A program made the translations under genes and the position numbers. Below are positions 46,146 through 58,115 of a stretch of DNA of 64,000 nucleotides, piece by piece; position 1 is the first letter of the stretch; each line of letters begins with the position of its first letter. Location of the stretch: assembly GCA_030390025.1 (NCBI GenBank), contig CM059425.1, positions 166,348,001 through 166,412,000 on the forward strand, read 5' to 3'. The stretch is from Squalus acanthias. Lineage: Eukaryota. The notes beneath the pieces are model-generated. The model made no database searches. It was given only the letters and a program-made list of their open reading frames with translations, and had not been told where the DNA came from.

Positions 46146-48838
46146 AGAACACAAGAGCAGGAGTAGGTCATATGGCCCCTCGAGCCTGCTCCGTCATTCA
46201 ATAAGATCATGGCTGACCATCGACATCAACTCCACTTTCCCGTCTGATCTCCATATCCCTTGATTCCCCTAGAGTCCAAAAATCTATCTATCTCAGCCTT
46301 GAATATAATCAAAGACTCAGTATTCACAGCCCTCTGGGGCAGAGAATTCCAGAGATTCACAACCCTCTGAGTGAAGAAATTCCTCCTAATCTGAGTCTTA
46401 AATGACCTACCCCTTATCCTGAGACTATGCCCACTATGCCTCCTAGTGCTAGACACTCCAGCCAGGAGAAACAACCTCTCAGCATCTACCCTGTCAATCC
46501 CCTTCAGAATCTTGTATGTTTCAATGAGATCACCTCTCATTCTTCTAAACTCCAGAGAGTATCGGCCCATCCTACACAATCTCTCATCATAGGACTGCCC
46601 TCTCATCCCAGGAATCAATCTAGTGAACCTTCATTGCACCGCCTCCAAGGCAAGTATATCCTTCCTTAGATAAGGAGACCAAAACTGTGCACAGTACTCC
46701 AGGTGTGGTCTCACCAAGGCCCTGTACAATTGTAGCAAGACTTCCTTACTCTTATACTCCAACCCCCTTGCAATAAAGGCCAACATGCCATTTGCCTTCC
46801 TTATTGCTTGCTGTACCTGCATGCTAGCTTTCTGTGTTTCTTGCACGAGGACACCCAAATCTCTCTGAACATCAACATTTTGAAAGTTTCTCACCATTTA
46901 AAAAAATTCTGTTTTTCTATACTAAAGTGAATAACCTCACATTTCCCTAAATTATACTCCATCTGCCACCTTATTGCCCACTCACTTAGTCTATCTATAT
47001 CCCTTTGCAGACTCTTTGTGTTCTCCTCACAGCTTACTGTCCCACCTATCTTTGCATCATCAGCAAACTTGGATACATTACACTCGGTCCCTTCATCTAG
47101 GTCATTAATATAGATTGTAAATAACTGAGGCCCCAACACTGATCCTTGTGGCACCCCATTAGTTACAGCCTGCCAACCTGAAAAAGATCTGTTTATCCCT
47201 ACTCTCTGTTTTCTGTCTATTAACCAATCCTCTATCCATCCTACTATATTACCCCCAACCCCATGAGCCCTAATCTTGTGTAATAAGCTTTCATGTGGCA
47301 CCTTATCGAATGCCTTTTGGAAATCCAAATATACTACATCCACTGGTTCCCCTTTATCTACCCTGCTAGTTATATCCTCAAAACTCTAATAAATTTGTCA
47401 AACACAATTTCCTTTTCATAAAACCATGTTGACTCTGCCTAATCATGTTATGATTTTCTAAGTGCCCTGATACCACTTCCTTAATAATGGATTCCAACAT
47501 TTTCCCAATGACTGATGTCAGGCTAACTGGCCTGTAGTTCCCTATTTTTTCTCTCTCCTTCCTTTCTTGAATAGCGGTGTTACATTTGTGACCTTCCAAT
47601 CCGGTGGGACCATTCTAGAATCTAGGGAATTTTGGAAGATCAAAACCAAGGCATCCACTATCTCTTCAGCCACTTCTTTTAGAACCCTAGGATGTAGACC
47701 GTCAGGCCCAGGGGATTTGTCGGCTTTTAGTCCCATTAGTTTCTCTAGTACTTTTTCTCTACTTTACTTTAAGTTCCTCACCCTCGTTAGACCCTTGGTT
47801 CCCCACAATTTTTGGTATGATTTTTGTGTCTTCCGCTGTGAAGACAGATACAAAATATTTGTTTAATGTTTCTGCTATTTCCTTATTCCCCATAATAGTT
47901 TCTCCTGTCTCAGCCTCTAAGGGACCAACATTTACTTTTGCTACTCTCTTCTGTTTTACATACTTATAGAAGCTCTTACAATCTGCTTTTATATTTCTTG
48001 CTAGTTTTCTCTCATATTCTATTTTTTCCCTTTTTATCAATTTTTTGGTCAACCTTTGGTGGTTCCTGAAACTCTCCCAATCCTCAGGCTTACTACTATT
48101 CTTTGCAACATTATAAGCTGCTTCTTTCAATCTAATGCTATCCTTAACTTTAGTTAGCCACGGTTGGATCACTTTTCCCGTGGAGTTTCTGTTTCTCAAT
48201 GGAATGTATTTTTGTTGAGAATTATGAAATATTTCTTTAAATGCTAGCCAATGCTTATCGACTGCCATACCTTTTAATCTATTTTTCCAATCTACCTTAG
48301 CCAACTCGCCCCTCATACCTATGTAATTGCCTTTATTTAAGTTTAATATTCTAGTTTCGGATTTAGCTTTGGGATGGCTTGAGGTCATGAAAGGTGCTAT
48401 ATAAATGCAATTTATTTCTTTAATGAGATGAGCAGAGGTAAAGTGATTTTTAAAATGTTAAACTCGGATTTTAAGTGCACTTTATAATTGCTAATTAACC
48501 CTGTCTCATTACACAATACAAGATCTAAAAAAGCCTGTTCCCTGGTTGGTTCCATGACATATTGTTCTGGGAAACTGTCCCGAATGCATTCCATGAACTC
48601 GTCCTCCAGCCTAACTTTGCCAATTTGATTTGTCCAGTCTATATGAAGATTAAAGTCCCCCATGATTATTGCATTACCTTTGTTGCAAGCTCCTACTATT
48701 TCTTGATTAATATTCTGTCCAACGGTACAGCTACTGTTAGGGGGCCTATATACTACTCCCACCAGTGTTTTCTGCCCCTTGTTATTCCTTATCTCCACCC
48801 ATACTGATTCTACTTCCTGATCTTCTGAGTCGAGATCC
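46146..48838 (-). mobile_element. 5'-truncated CR1, frameshifted, with a ~115-bp foreign patch at about 48368-48483
   Basis: APE to RT ORF pieces between 46226 and 48798; tail near 46146-46225. Confidence 0.92.
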
Positions 48839-48894
48839 TTTATTAGCTACTTTCACACACCAACTCACCTAATATTTTTACTGTATTGTCCCCG

Positions 48895-49700
48895 CAGGGG
48901 AAATTGGTGTATAATGAGCGAGAGCAAGCCAGGACCGGAGGCGGAACCCCCTACATCGAGGAATTAGTCCGTGAGGAGATGGCCCTTCAGTTACAGGGAT
49001 TCCATGGTGCTGCGCCTGTGGACCAGACTAAGATCTGCACCGTACACCCGCTGTTCGGTGAATTTCAGAGCCTCTTGCTTTGTCTCCGGTACTAAGAGGA
49101 GGCCCGATAGAGATATTTGAAATTGTGCAGGGGTTCTATAGGCTGGGTGTGGAAAAACTGTTTCCACTTGTGGATGCAGGGTGGGAAGAGGAAATTAGAG
49201 TGGGAGCATGCTTGTGTGGTGTGTAAACACCGGCATAGACCACTTGAGTCAAATGGCCTTTTTTCCATGTAGCAGATCGAAAGTAATGCTGAGTATCTAC
49301 TGAGGAATGGACATGCTGCACCAGTGTAACCTTTCATTTTTTCTTCCCACAGGTTCACACCAGCTGGCAGACAGGAGGGGAGAGGGCACTGAGGCGGAGA
49401 CTGAGCAGGAAAATGAGGAATGGGGGAACCAAGAGGCTGTACTGTGATGGTGCTGACGTGGAGGGGATGCGTACCCGTGGCTACCTAGCTCACACCTCAT
49501 CACCGACTCCTCTTACTCTGCAGCAGACGCATATGCCTCCCCACCCAGCAGGCAACTGTGATGTACGCTGTGAAACCACAGGACCGATGAGACGGGGTTC
49601 AGAGAGCCCGTGGTCAGAATCTGACCGGTGATGGATTCAGGGAACATTGGGGGGGCGGGGGGGGGGGAACAGATTTGCTCCGGCACCCCATGAAGCAGGG
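48895..49700 (+). pseudogene. Harbinger Myb/SANT accessory gene fragments, with a short CR1 3' relic at about 49105-49320
   Basis: cag|GKLVYNEREQARTGGGTP resembles the exon at 40811. Confidence 0.5.
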
Positions 49701-50984
49701 TCAATGTCGGGCCCAGCGTGAGGAGGAGTGGGAGCAGGACTGCAGGAGTCTGCGCCTGCAAAGAAGGATAATGCAGAACATCGCAGGTATCTAAGTAGGT
49801 TGCACCCTCGGCTCACACACGATGAATCGACACTCCGGCAAGGTCATGAAAGGCTGCTGGGTCCTGTAATTCTGTGGCGGTTCTACTGTTGTCCCACAGT
49901 AATGGTGGAGGGAGACTGGTGGAACCTTGAAGGCAATGGCATAATCGGCTAATAATGGTCATCAACCCCATTTCCCTGAGGGTTCTACCAGCCTCTAGCC
50001 AACTTATAGTGGGAGATCTGTAGAACTACAGCAGAATCTCAGAGCCCTGATGCTGGCATTGTACCCCAACAGAAGTCTGTGCTTTCAGGAGGGAAGAAAA
50101 TCATAAATAAGTACCTCCTTGATGATGGGAACACTACCAATTTGCTAAAACACACCTTCCATGTTTTCTGCAACATCACTTTGTAATTATTCAACCAACA
50201 CATCTGGATTATTATCACCCGATGTGTTATGAGGGTGCAGAGGCTCATTTGCTACTTGTTAAAGTGCTAAACTGTAATGATGCCAGCTGAGCTTTGATTG
50301 GATGGTTTCAGTCCCTTCCTGGCTGGGAATCACCGAGCTGCTAATCAGACAATAGCACATTCCTATATGGGCAGCAGTTGAATGCATTGATTGGCAATCA
50401 ACTGCATATAAACCCTGAACAGGCAGAAAATCAGTCCACTTGTAACTGAATGTCCGACTGAATGAACACAAATGGTAGTGATTTTAGTTCAAGCAACCAA
50501 TTTGACAATACACAAGAAATCAGTGACTCAGCAAAATCCCATGTAGGTGATATTGAAATTTGTGCTCGGTCTCAAAACAAAAAGTACACTGAAGCATGAA
50601 TGAGAAGGGCCACATCTCTGGACTCCCAAGCTGAAGTGGCTTCACAATCCTGCTAGCAGAAAATTCTTACTAGCTTATCACAATTATTCAAATTGAGTGG
50701 GATAGAAGTGGGACCTGAGTTGAACTCAAGCCAAGGTGATAAGATGAAAGTCTACTGTTTGACAGCTGTGAGGGTCCTCAGTGAGATGAGTTTGGGTTTT
50801 TTCAACCAATATTTGTGGGCATGAAAAACTGCCAAATATCAGCACTATTTGACAGTTTCAGTCAGAAAAGTCACCAGAGATGGCAGTGTGAAGAACTAAA
50901 ATGTTTTACAGGTGCCAGTAGGGATGCTCGTCAGAGAGTGGGGCTGAGGCATACTGGAGTAGATGTCACTTTACACTGCACTGA

Positions 50985-51294
50985 CCCTCCTCGTAGGACT
51001 GCTCCTGGGCCTGGCCAAAATAGCCATTAACTGGTCCAGGCAGCGGGCGGTCGAGGGGGTTGTTCGGCCCAATTGCCTGCCTCTCTTCCGCGGCCATGTT
51101 CGCGCCCGGGTGGCGCTGGAGATGGAGCACGCGGTGTCCGCCGGCACGCTTGAGGCCTTCTGTGACCGGTGGGCACCGCGGGGACTGGAGTGCATCATCA
51201 CCCCGGCCAATGAAATTTTAATTTAATTTGTTAAGGTTTATTTAAAGTTTTATTAAGTTACAGACAATTTGTTTAAATACCCACTTAAGAAGAG
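50985..51294 (+). mobile_element. 5'-truncated Tx1/L1-clade LINE 3' end with 13-bp TSD
   Basis: LLLGLAKIAINWSRQ..RARVALE..FCDRWA ORF2 terminus. TACACTGCACTGA at 50972-50984 and 51295-51307. Confidence 0.8.
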
Positions 51295-51429
51295 TACACT
51301 GCACTGAACTCCTGATGATTTACCTGATCTGGGAGTGCTTGATGCTGACACCAGCAGGGTAATTTTATGAGTTTGCATTCCAGGTGGGGAGCTCACCCAC
51401 CAGGAGCGCTTATGAACGAAGATGGGGGT

Positions 51430-51870
51430 GATGACCGAATGTACCTTAGTGCAGGATAGGATGTGGGCGGTAGTGTTTTGGATGAGCTGACGTTTACAGA
51501 GAGTGTATGATGGTATGCCAAACAGGAGAGCATTGGAGTAGCCGAGTGTGGCAGTGACAAAGACTTGGATGAGGGTAAAGTTACGGAGGTGGAAGTAGAC
51601 TGCCTTTGTGATGGAGAGGATACATGTTGGAATCTCAGCTTAGGGTCAAATCACCCTGAGACAGTGGCCAGGAAGGGGGATAGCAGCAGTGACGAGGGAA
51701 TGGAGTTTGTGGTGGGGGTGGAAGACGATGCCTTCAGGCTTTCGAATGCTTAGTTGAAGGAAATTACGGTTCATCCTGAACTGAAAATCGGACAAGCAAT
51801 CTAACAACACAGAGGCAGCGAAGGAGTCGAGAGAGATGTCGGCGAGGTAGAGCTGGATGTCATCAGCGTA
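51430..51870 (-). mobile_element. L2 RT fragment
   Basis: YADDIQLYL..LDCLSD..MNRNFLQL. Confidence 0.82.
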
Positions 51871-53155
51871 AACATAGAAACATAGAAAAATAGGAGCGGG
51901 AGTAGGCCATTCGGTCCTTTGAGCCTGCTCCGCCATTCAATATGATTATGGCTGATTCTCTATCTCAATACCATATTCCCGCTCTCTCCCCATTTGTGTC
52001 TAGAAATCTATCTATCTCCTTCTTAAATATATTCATTGACTAGGCCTCCACAGCTGTTTGTGGTAGAGAATTCCACAGGTTCACCACCCTCTGAGTGAAG
52101 AAATTTCTCCTCATCTCAGTCCTAAATGCCCTACCCCGTATCTTGAGACTGTGACCCCTTGTTCTAGACCCCCCAGCCAGGGGAAACATCCTCCCTGCAT
52201 CCAATCTGTCTAGCCCTGTCAGAATTTTATACGTTTCCATGAGATCCCCTCTCATTCTTCTAAACTCTAGTGAATACAGGCCTAGTCGACCCAATCTCTC
52301 CTCATACGACAGTCCTGCCATCCCAGGAATCCAGTCTGGTGAACCTTCGCTGCACTCCCTCTATGGCAAGTATATCCTTTCTTAGGTAAGGAGACCAAAA
52401 CTGCACATACTACTCCAAGTGTAGTCTCACCAAAGCCCTGTATAACTGTAGTAAGACATCCTTGCTCCTGTACTCAAATCCTCTTGCAATGAAGGCCAAC
52501 ATGCCATTTGCCTTCCTAACTGCTTGCTGCACCTGCATGTTTGCTTTCAGTGACTGGTGTACAAGGACACCCAGGTCCCTTTGTACATCAGCATTTCCCA
52601 CATCAGCATTTCCCAATCTATCACCATTTAAATAATACTCTGCCTTTCTGTTTTTCCTACTGAAGTGGATAACTTCACATTTATCCACGTTATACTGCAT
52701 CTACCATGTATTTGCCCACTCACTCAACTTATCTAATTTGCCTTGAAGCCTCTTTGCATCTTCCTCACAACTCACAATCCCACCTAATTTCGTGTCGTCA
52801 GCAAACTTGGAAATATTACATTTGGTTCCCTCATCCAAATCATTGATATATATTGTGAATAGCTGGGGCCCAAGCACTGATCCCTGCGGTACCCCACTAG
52901 TCACTGGCTGCCACCCTGAAAAAGACCCATTTATTCCTACTCTCTGTTTCCTGTCTGTTAACCAATTTTCAATCCATAAAAGTATATTACCCCCAATCCC
53001 ATGTGCTTTAATTTTGAACACTAACCTCTTATGTTGGACTTTATCAAAGGCCTTCTGAAAATCCAAATACACCACATCCACTGGTTCTCCCTTGTCTATT
53101 CTACCAGTTACATCCTCAAAAAACTCCAGTAGGTTTGTCAAACATGATTTCCCTT
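51871..53155 (-). mobile_element. 5'-truncated CR1 with an internal 15-bp tandem duplication
   Basis: RT ORFs 52701-53141, 52410-52700 and 52040-52321; GNADVGNADV duplication; (TTTCTATG)n tail. Confidence 0.93.
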
Positions 53156-54332
53156 GTGGAAAACTTTCATCCCATCAGTCTGGGCTGGAAGTGAATCAAA
53201 GACCCAGAGGTGAAAGACCAGTGTCTAACCCACATATCACCCTGTTCTCCTTCCTTTCCATTTTAATGGGCTTCTGACGGGCAAGGCTCAGCTCTGGCGC
53301 TACAAACACGTAAAACTATCCATTAAGTCCAAAAAGTGGAACAATTGTCCTTTTCTCAGTGAACATTATTCATCTTGTTAAACGCAGAATGCCACTAGAC
53401 TATAAAATAAATTCAGATGAGCACGCAATTTAGACTTAAATTGCCGTTACTCCATTTGCAATAATAGTTCAAGGAGCAGTGTTGATCCCTGATTATTCAG
53501 TAACAATACCTTATCACGGATCCAAGGGAAGGACGTCATACTCTCCAAATAGAATTTAATAGTTGAACAAAAACCAAAATACTGCAGGTGCTGGAAATCT
53601 GAAATAACAAACAAAAGTACTGGGAACAGACAAGTCAACGTTTCAGAACTAGAAGATATTACCTATGAACAGCATTTGAAAAGGAAGGCAAAAACACACA
53701 CAGGAAAAGAAACAGAATGACCTGTAAAGTGCTTAAGTGGAGAACAAGCGATGGTTAATGTCAGAAGTGATATTAGTATGAGAGAATAGGAGGCATAATG
53801 AAAGAAATCAAATAATGCCATATACGTGACACAGAGAGTGCGTGAATAGCTTAATGAGGTGGGGGATAGACAAGTAGAAAGGGAAGCAGGAAAAACTGAC
53901 AAAGCGAAGCAGGCTCCATCACCCAGGATAACAACAGAAAACACTGGAAAAACTCAGCAGGCCAGGCAGCATCCGTGGAGAGAGAAACAGAGTTAATGTT
54001 TCAGGTCGAAGACCTTTCGTCAGAACTGGAAAAAAGCAGGAAATGGAATAGATTTTAAAGCAAGTTTAGGGGCTCGGAAAAGGGGGAGGGGATGAAAGAA
54101 CAAAAGGGAAGGTCAGTGATAGGATAGAAAGCAGGAGAGATTAAGAGACATTAAGAGATATTCAAGGCAAGAGGAGGTGATAATGGGACAGGTTAAAGAA
54201 CAAAGGATGGCTCTAGATGAAGTGTGAATTGCGCTGGCAGAATGAAGGACAGCTGCCATGTGGGAGGGAAGAAAAAAGGCCAAACAAAACGTGTGGATAA
54301 AAAAAAATATGTATATGTGATGGGGGCTGAGG

Positions 54333-54968
54333 TTATGATCTGAAATTGTTGAACTCTATGTTGAGTCCGGAAGGCTGTAAAGTGCTTAATCGAAAGATGA
54401 GGTGCTGTTCCTCGAGCTTACGCTGAGCTTCCGTGGAACAATGCAAGAGGCCGAGGACGGTGAGGTCTAAGTGGGAGTGAAGTGGTGAATTAAAGTGACA
54501 GGCCACCTGGAGCTCGGGGTCCCCCTTACGGACTGAACGGAGATGTTCCGCAAAGCGGTCACCCAATCTGCGTTTGGTCTCCCCAATGTAGAGGAGACCA
54601 CATCGTGAGCAGCGAATACAGTATACTAAATTGCAAGAAGTACAAGTAAATCGCTGTTTCACCTGGAAGGGGTGTTTGGGGCCCTGGACAGTGGGAAGGG
54701 GGGAGATATATGGGCATGTGTTGCATCTCCTGCACTTGCACGGGAAGGTGCCAGGCGAAGGGGAAGGGGTGTTGGGGGTGGTAGAGGAGTGGACTAGGGT
54801 GTCGCGGAGGGAGCGGTCCCTACGGAATGCTGAAAGGGGAGGTGAGGGGAAGATGCGTTTGGTGGTGGGATCACGCTGGAGGTGCCGGAAATGGCGGAGG
54901 ATGATCCGTTGAATGTGGAGGCTGGTGGGCTGAAAGGTGAGGACAAGGGGAACTCTATCGTGATTCAA
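54333..54968 (-). pseudogene. Penelope ORF C-terminus: Cys-rich linker and GIY-YIG endonuclease
   Basis: CKCRRCNTC; NLVYCIRCSRCGLLYIGETKRRLGDRFAEH; VACHF; PSGLN. Confidence 0.93.
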
Positions 54969-54996
54969 AATCTATTCCATTTCCTGCTTTTTTTCC

Positions 54997-55033
54997 AGTT
55001 CTGACGAAAGGTCTTCGACCTGAAACGTTAACT
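54997..55033 (+). ncRNA. Minimal type I hammerhead ribozyme motif (Penelope pLTR)
   Basis: AGTT-CTGACGA-A-AGGTC ttc GACCT-GAAA-CGTT-AACT. Confidence 0.72.
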
Positions 55034-55537
55034 CTGTTTCTCTCTCCATGGATGCTGCCTGGCCTGCTGAGTTTTTCCAGGATTTTCTGTTGTTATTTCG
55101 GATTTCCAGCATCCGCAGTATTTTGCTATTCCATCAACCAGGAGCCTGGTAGAAAAAAAAAGCATGGTGTTTCGTGCTAATATCACTTTTGCTATTTAAC
55201 CATCTCCTGTTCACCACATAAGCACTTACAGTTCATTCTATTTCTTTTCCTCTGTGTGTCTTTTTTCCCAGCACCTTCCTCTTCTTCTTTCCTTTTTCAA
55301 TGCCTTTTTCAATCAGTATTATCTTCTACTTTTGACGAAGGGCCCACATATTGAAAGTTGATTTGTCTGCTTTCTCCACAGATGCTTCCTGACCTGTTGA
55401 GAGTTTCCAGAATTTACCAGCCAATGGCTACTTATCTGACTCTTACAAAGAATGGTTGTTATTTATAAAGTACCAAATTTTTTGGAAGCATCTCAAAGCA
55501 CTTCACATACAATAAATTACTTTGAAGAGCAGTGATG

Positions 55538-55843
55538 GGGGCACAGTTGTAGAATAAATGGTCGCCCTTTTAGAACTGAGATGAGGAAGAATTTCTTCTC
55601 TCAGAGAATCATAAATCTGTGGAATTCCCTGCCAGAGAGCTGTGGAGGCTGGGTCATTAAATACATTTAAGGTGGAGATAGACAAATTTTTGCAAGATAA
55701 GGGAGTGAAGGGTTATGGGGAGCAGGCGGGGAAGTGGCTTTGAGCCCAAGATCAGCCATGATCTTACTGAATGGCGGAGCAGGCTCGAGGGGCCAAGTGG
55801 CCTATTCCTGCTCCTATTTCTTATGTTCTTATGTTTATGTTCT
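55538..55843 (+). mobile_element. Short CR1 3' end
   Basis: FRTEMRKNFFSQR region and (TTCTTATG)n tail. Confidence 0.88.
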
Positions 55844-55849
55844 TCTGAT

Positions 55850-56185
55850 GCAACGTAGGCAAATATGGCAACTATTTTGCATACCTCAAGATTGCACAAA
55901 TAACAATGATGTGAGCCGTTCTTCAGCAATGCTTTATTTGAGGGAGAAATGTTGGTTGGAAGATTAGGAGAGCCTTCTTGTTCTTTGAATATTGCAGTGG
56001 AATCATTAATACCCAACTGAAACTTAGGATATCACTTTAATCACTCTTCCAAAGGATGTCACCTCTAACAATAAAGCATGCCTTTCGTTGAATATCAACC
56101 TAGATTATGTACTAAAGTGCTAGAGTGGGGCTTGAATTGTGACCTTCTGATTCAGAGGTGAGAGTATTACCAATTGAGGCAAGCT
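55850..56185 (-). mobile_element. Degenerate Deu-type SINE, antisense
   Basis: Reverse-complement similarity to 31381-32525 (ACCTTCTGATTCAGAGG head). Confidence 0.55.
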
Positions 56186-58115
56186 AATGTTTATTAAAAT
56201 GTAAAACAATGTTCTTTCTGTAAAGTTGTACCTGAAGAGATTTGCGCCCTGCAATAAATTCTCATTCTCAGAAACTGCTGAGCGATTTACAATCCTGGTC
56301 TACCTTTTCACCAGTTTTTGCCAGTAGTCATGAACGCAATTGACTTTCCAGCCACCTCACCGAGATTATGTGGGGATCAACAAGTCATCTGTGCTGCATT
56401 GTATACTGCAGGTCGGAGCAAACAGTCCTAGGAACTTATGCAAAAGAAGATGGCTCGTGGTGGAATACGAAATGCTGTTAAGATGTGAGGCACATCAGTA
56501 CACAGGAAATTATTTCTTTATGTCTCGCCCTCATATACTGAAGAGTTTTTTGATTAAATTTGGGGTTAGGTTTAATTTTGGCAAAGTCAATGAAAAAAAA
56601 AAGAAACAATTTTTAATATGATGTTTATGTATATTTAGACTGTGCAGTCGGATATATCCTATTGTGAATAAAAATATAGCTAACTATATTCAATTATCTT
56701 GATTTAGACAAGCATATCTGTTAAATAATCCAATGTAGACAAAAAGATTGAAAATAAATAAAAGCAACCAAAATTAATTGTGAATACACACCATAAGATT
56801 GGCACTAATATTAATTGGGGTCAGAAATTTTGATGTAAGCAGCAGTTTCACCAGATTGTTGCTAATACATCAATATTTACATTTCAACCAGGTAATTGAC
56901 AGCTTATAAAAATAGGGAAAATAATTTGACATGTACTAGCATTGCTTGACTGAGTCTGTATTACAATCTTCATAGATTTAAGCAGTAAATTACTTTACTC
57001 CCAGTTTCAGTGCTATGATTTACACCAATTTAACAGGATAATTGTTTGTTGGCAAATGTTGGAATCATAAAACTCCATATGGGTTCTCCAAACCGCTGAT
57101 CATGCATCATTTTATAACATTTGAATACTTGCTTTAAACTAATCTAACCTGTAAATAACGATGGCACATGAGCCAAATATGAACCATAAATGAATGTTAA
57201 TCTGGAGCTTAGGTTTTATTGTTCCCTCATTCACCGAAACAAGGTCAGTGAAATGTCGGCAGACATGTGATTTTTATTTCAACCATAAGAACTAACAGTA
57301 GCTTGAAAGAACTACTAATATTGAACTTTAACAAAGACACGTGCCTGAATAGACAATTGCCTCATTAGTTGTAGACAGTTACATAATGAAACAAATCAAG
57401 TCTTGGCTTCTTCTCTCATCTGTGCATAGTAAAAAAAATAGTAGCTTTGTGGGGTGGTTTTAACCCTACCCGCCCAATGGAAACCAAGCAGGTGGGCAAT
57501 TAAAATTGCCACGGTTACTTACCACCCTGGAGATGCTGGGTGCTGACCATTCTGATTTTTACCTGCCCAATTGAGCAGGTGGCAAGGATACCCGCCCAAA
57601 CCCTTTTTTACATATGAATTTTCGGGTCCTGATGACGGTATGGGGACCCAACTCCAATTTTAACTTGGCGACGCAGGCTGCGTGCTTCCACGCTGCTTCG
57701 AGCAGACTCACCAGCTGGAATGGGTGGAAAGTTGTCCGGCAGGGTTTAAATGAGGCCCGAGAGTTAAAATTCCTCGGACCTTATTTCTGGAGCAGCGGGT
57801 GAGTTTCTAACAACACTACTCACCTCCCCAAAACCAGCCCGGAGTTGAAATCGGGCCATAAGATTTTCCAGTCAGCATTATTTGGATGGCAGCATTTACC
57901 CATTCATTTTAAATGGGGTTAACACTAATGGTAAAGTATCAACAACCGAAAATCTAGGCTTGTATATAATGACACAACTGGATTGCCTATAAACAGTTCT
58001 TAAGCACAGGTAGCCACAATATCAATGTTTTTTCATGGTTTTCAGGCTGGCAGAAGAAAATTGTCACAGTTCACTGCTTTGCCAGTATAGACTCTTGGGG
58101 GGTAAAATTTCACCT

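Larger units (their letters stand above)
53928..55130 (-). mobile_element. 5'-truncated Penelope-like element (Neptune-like) with inverted pLTR
   Basis: GIY-YIG ORF end, then 3' pLTR (53928-54330), with an inverted pLTR copy (54967-55130) at the truncation point. Confidence 0.9.
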
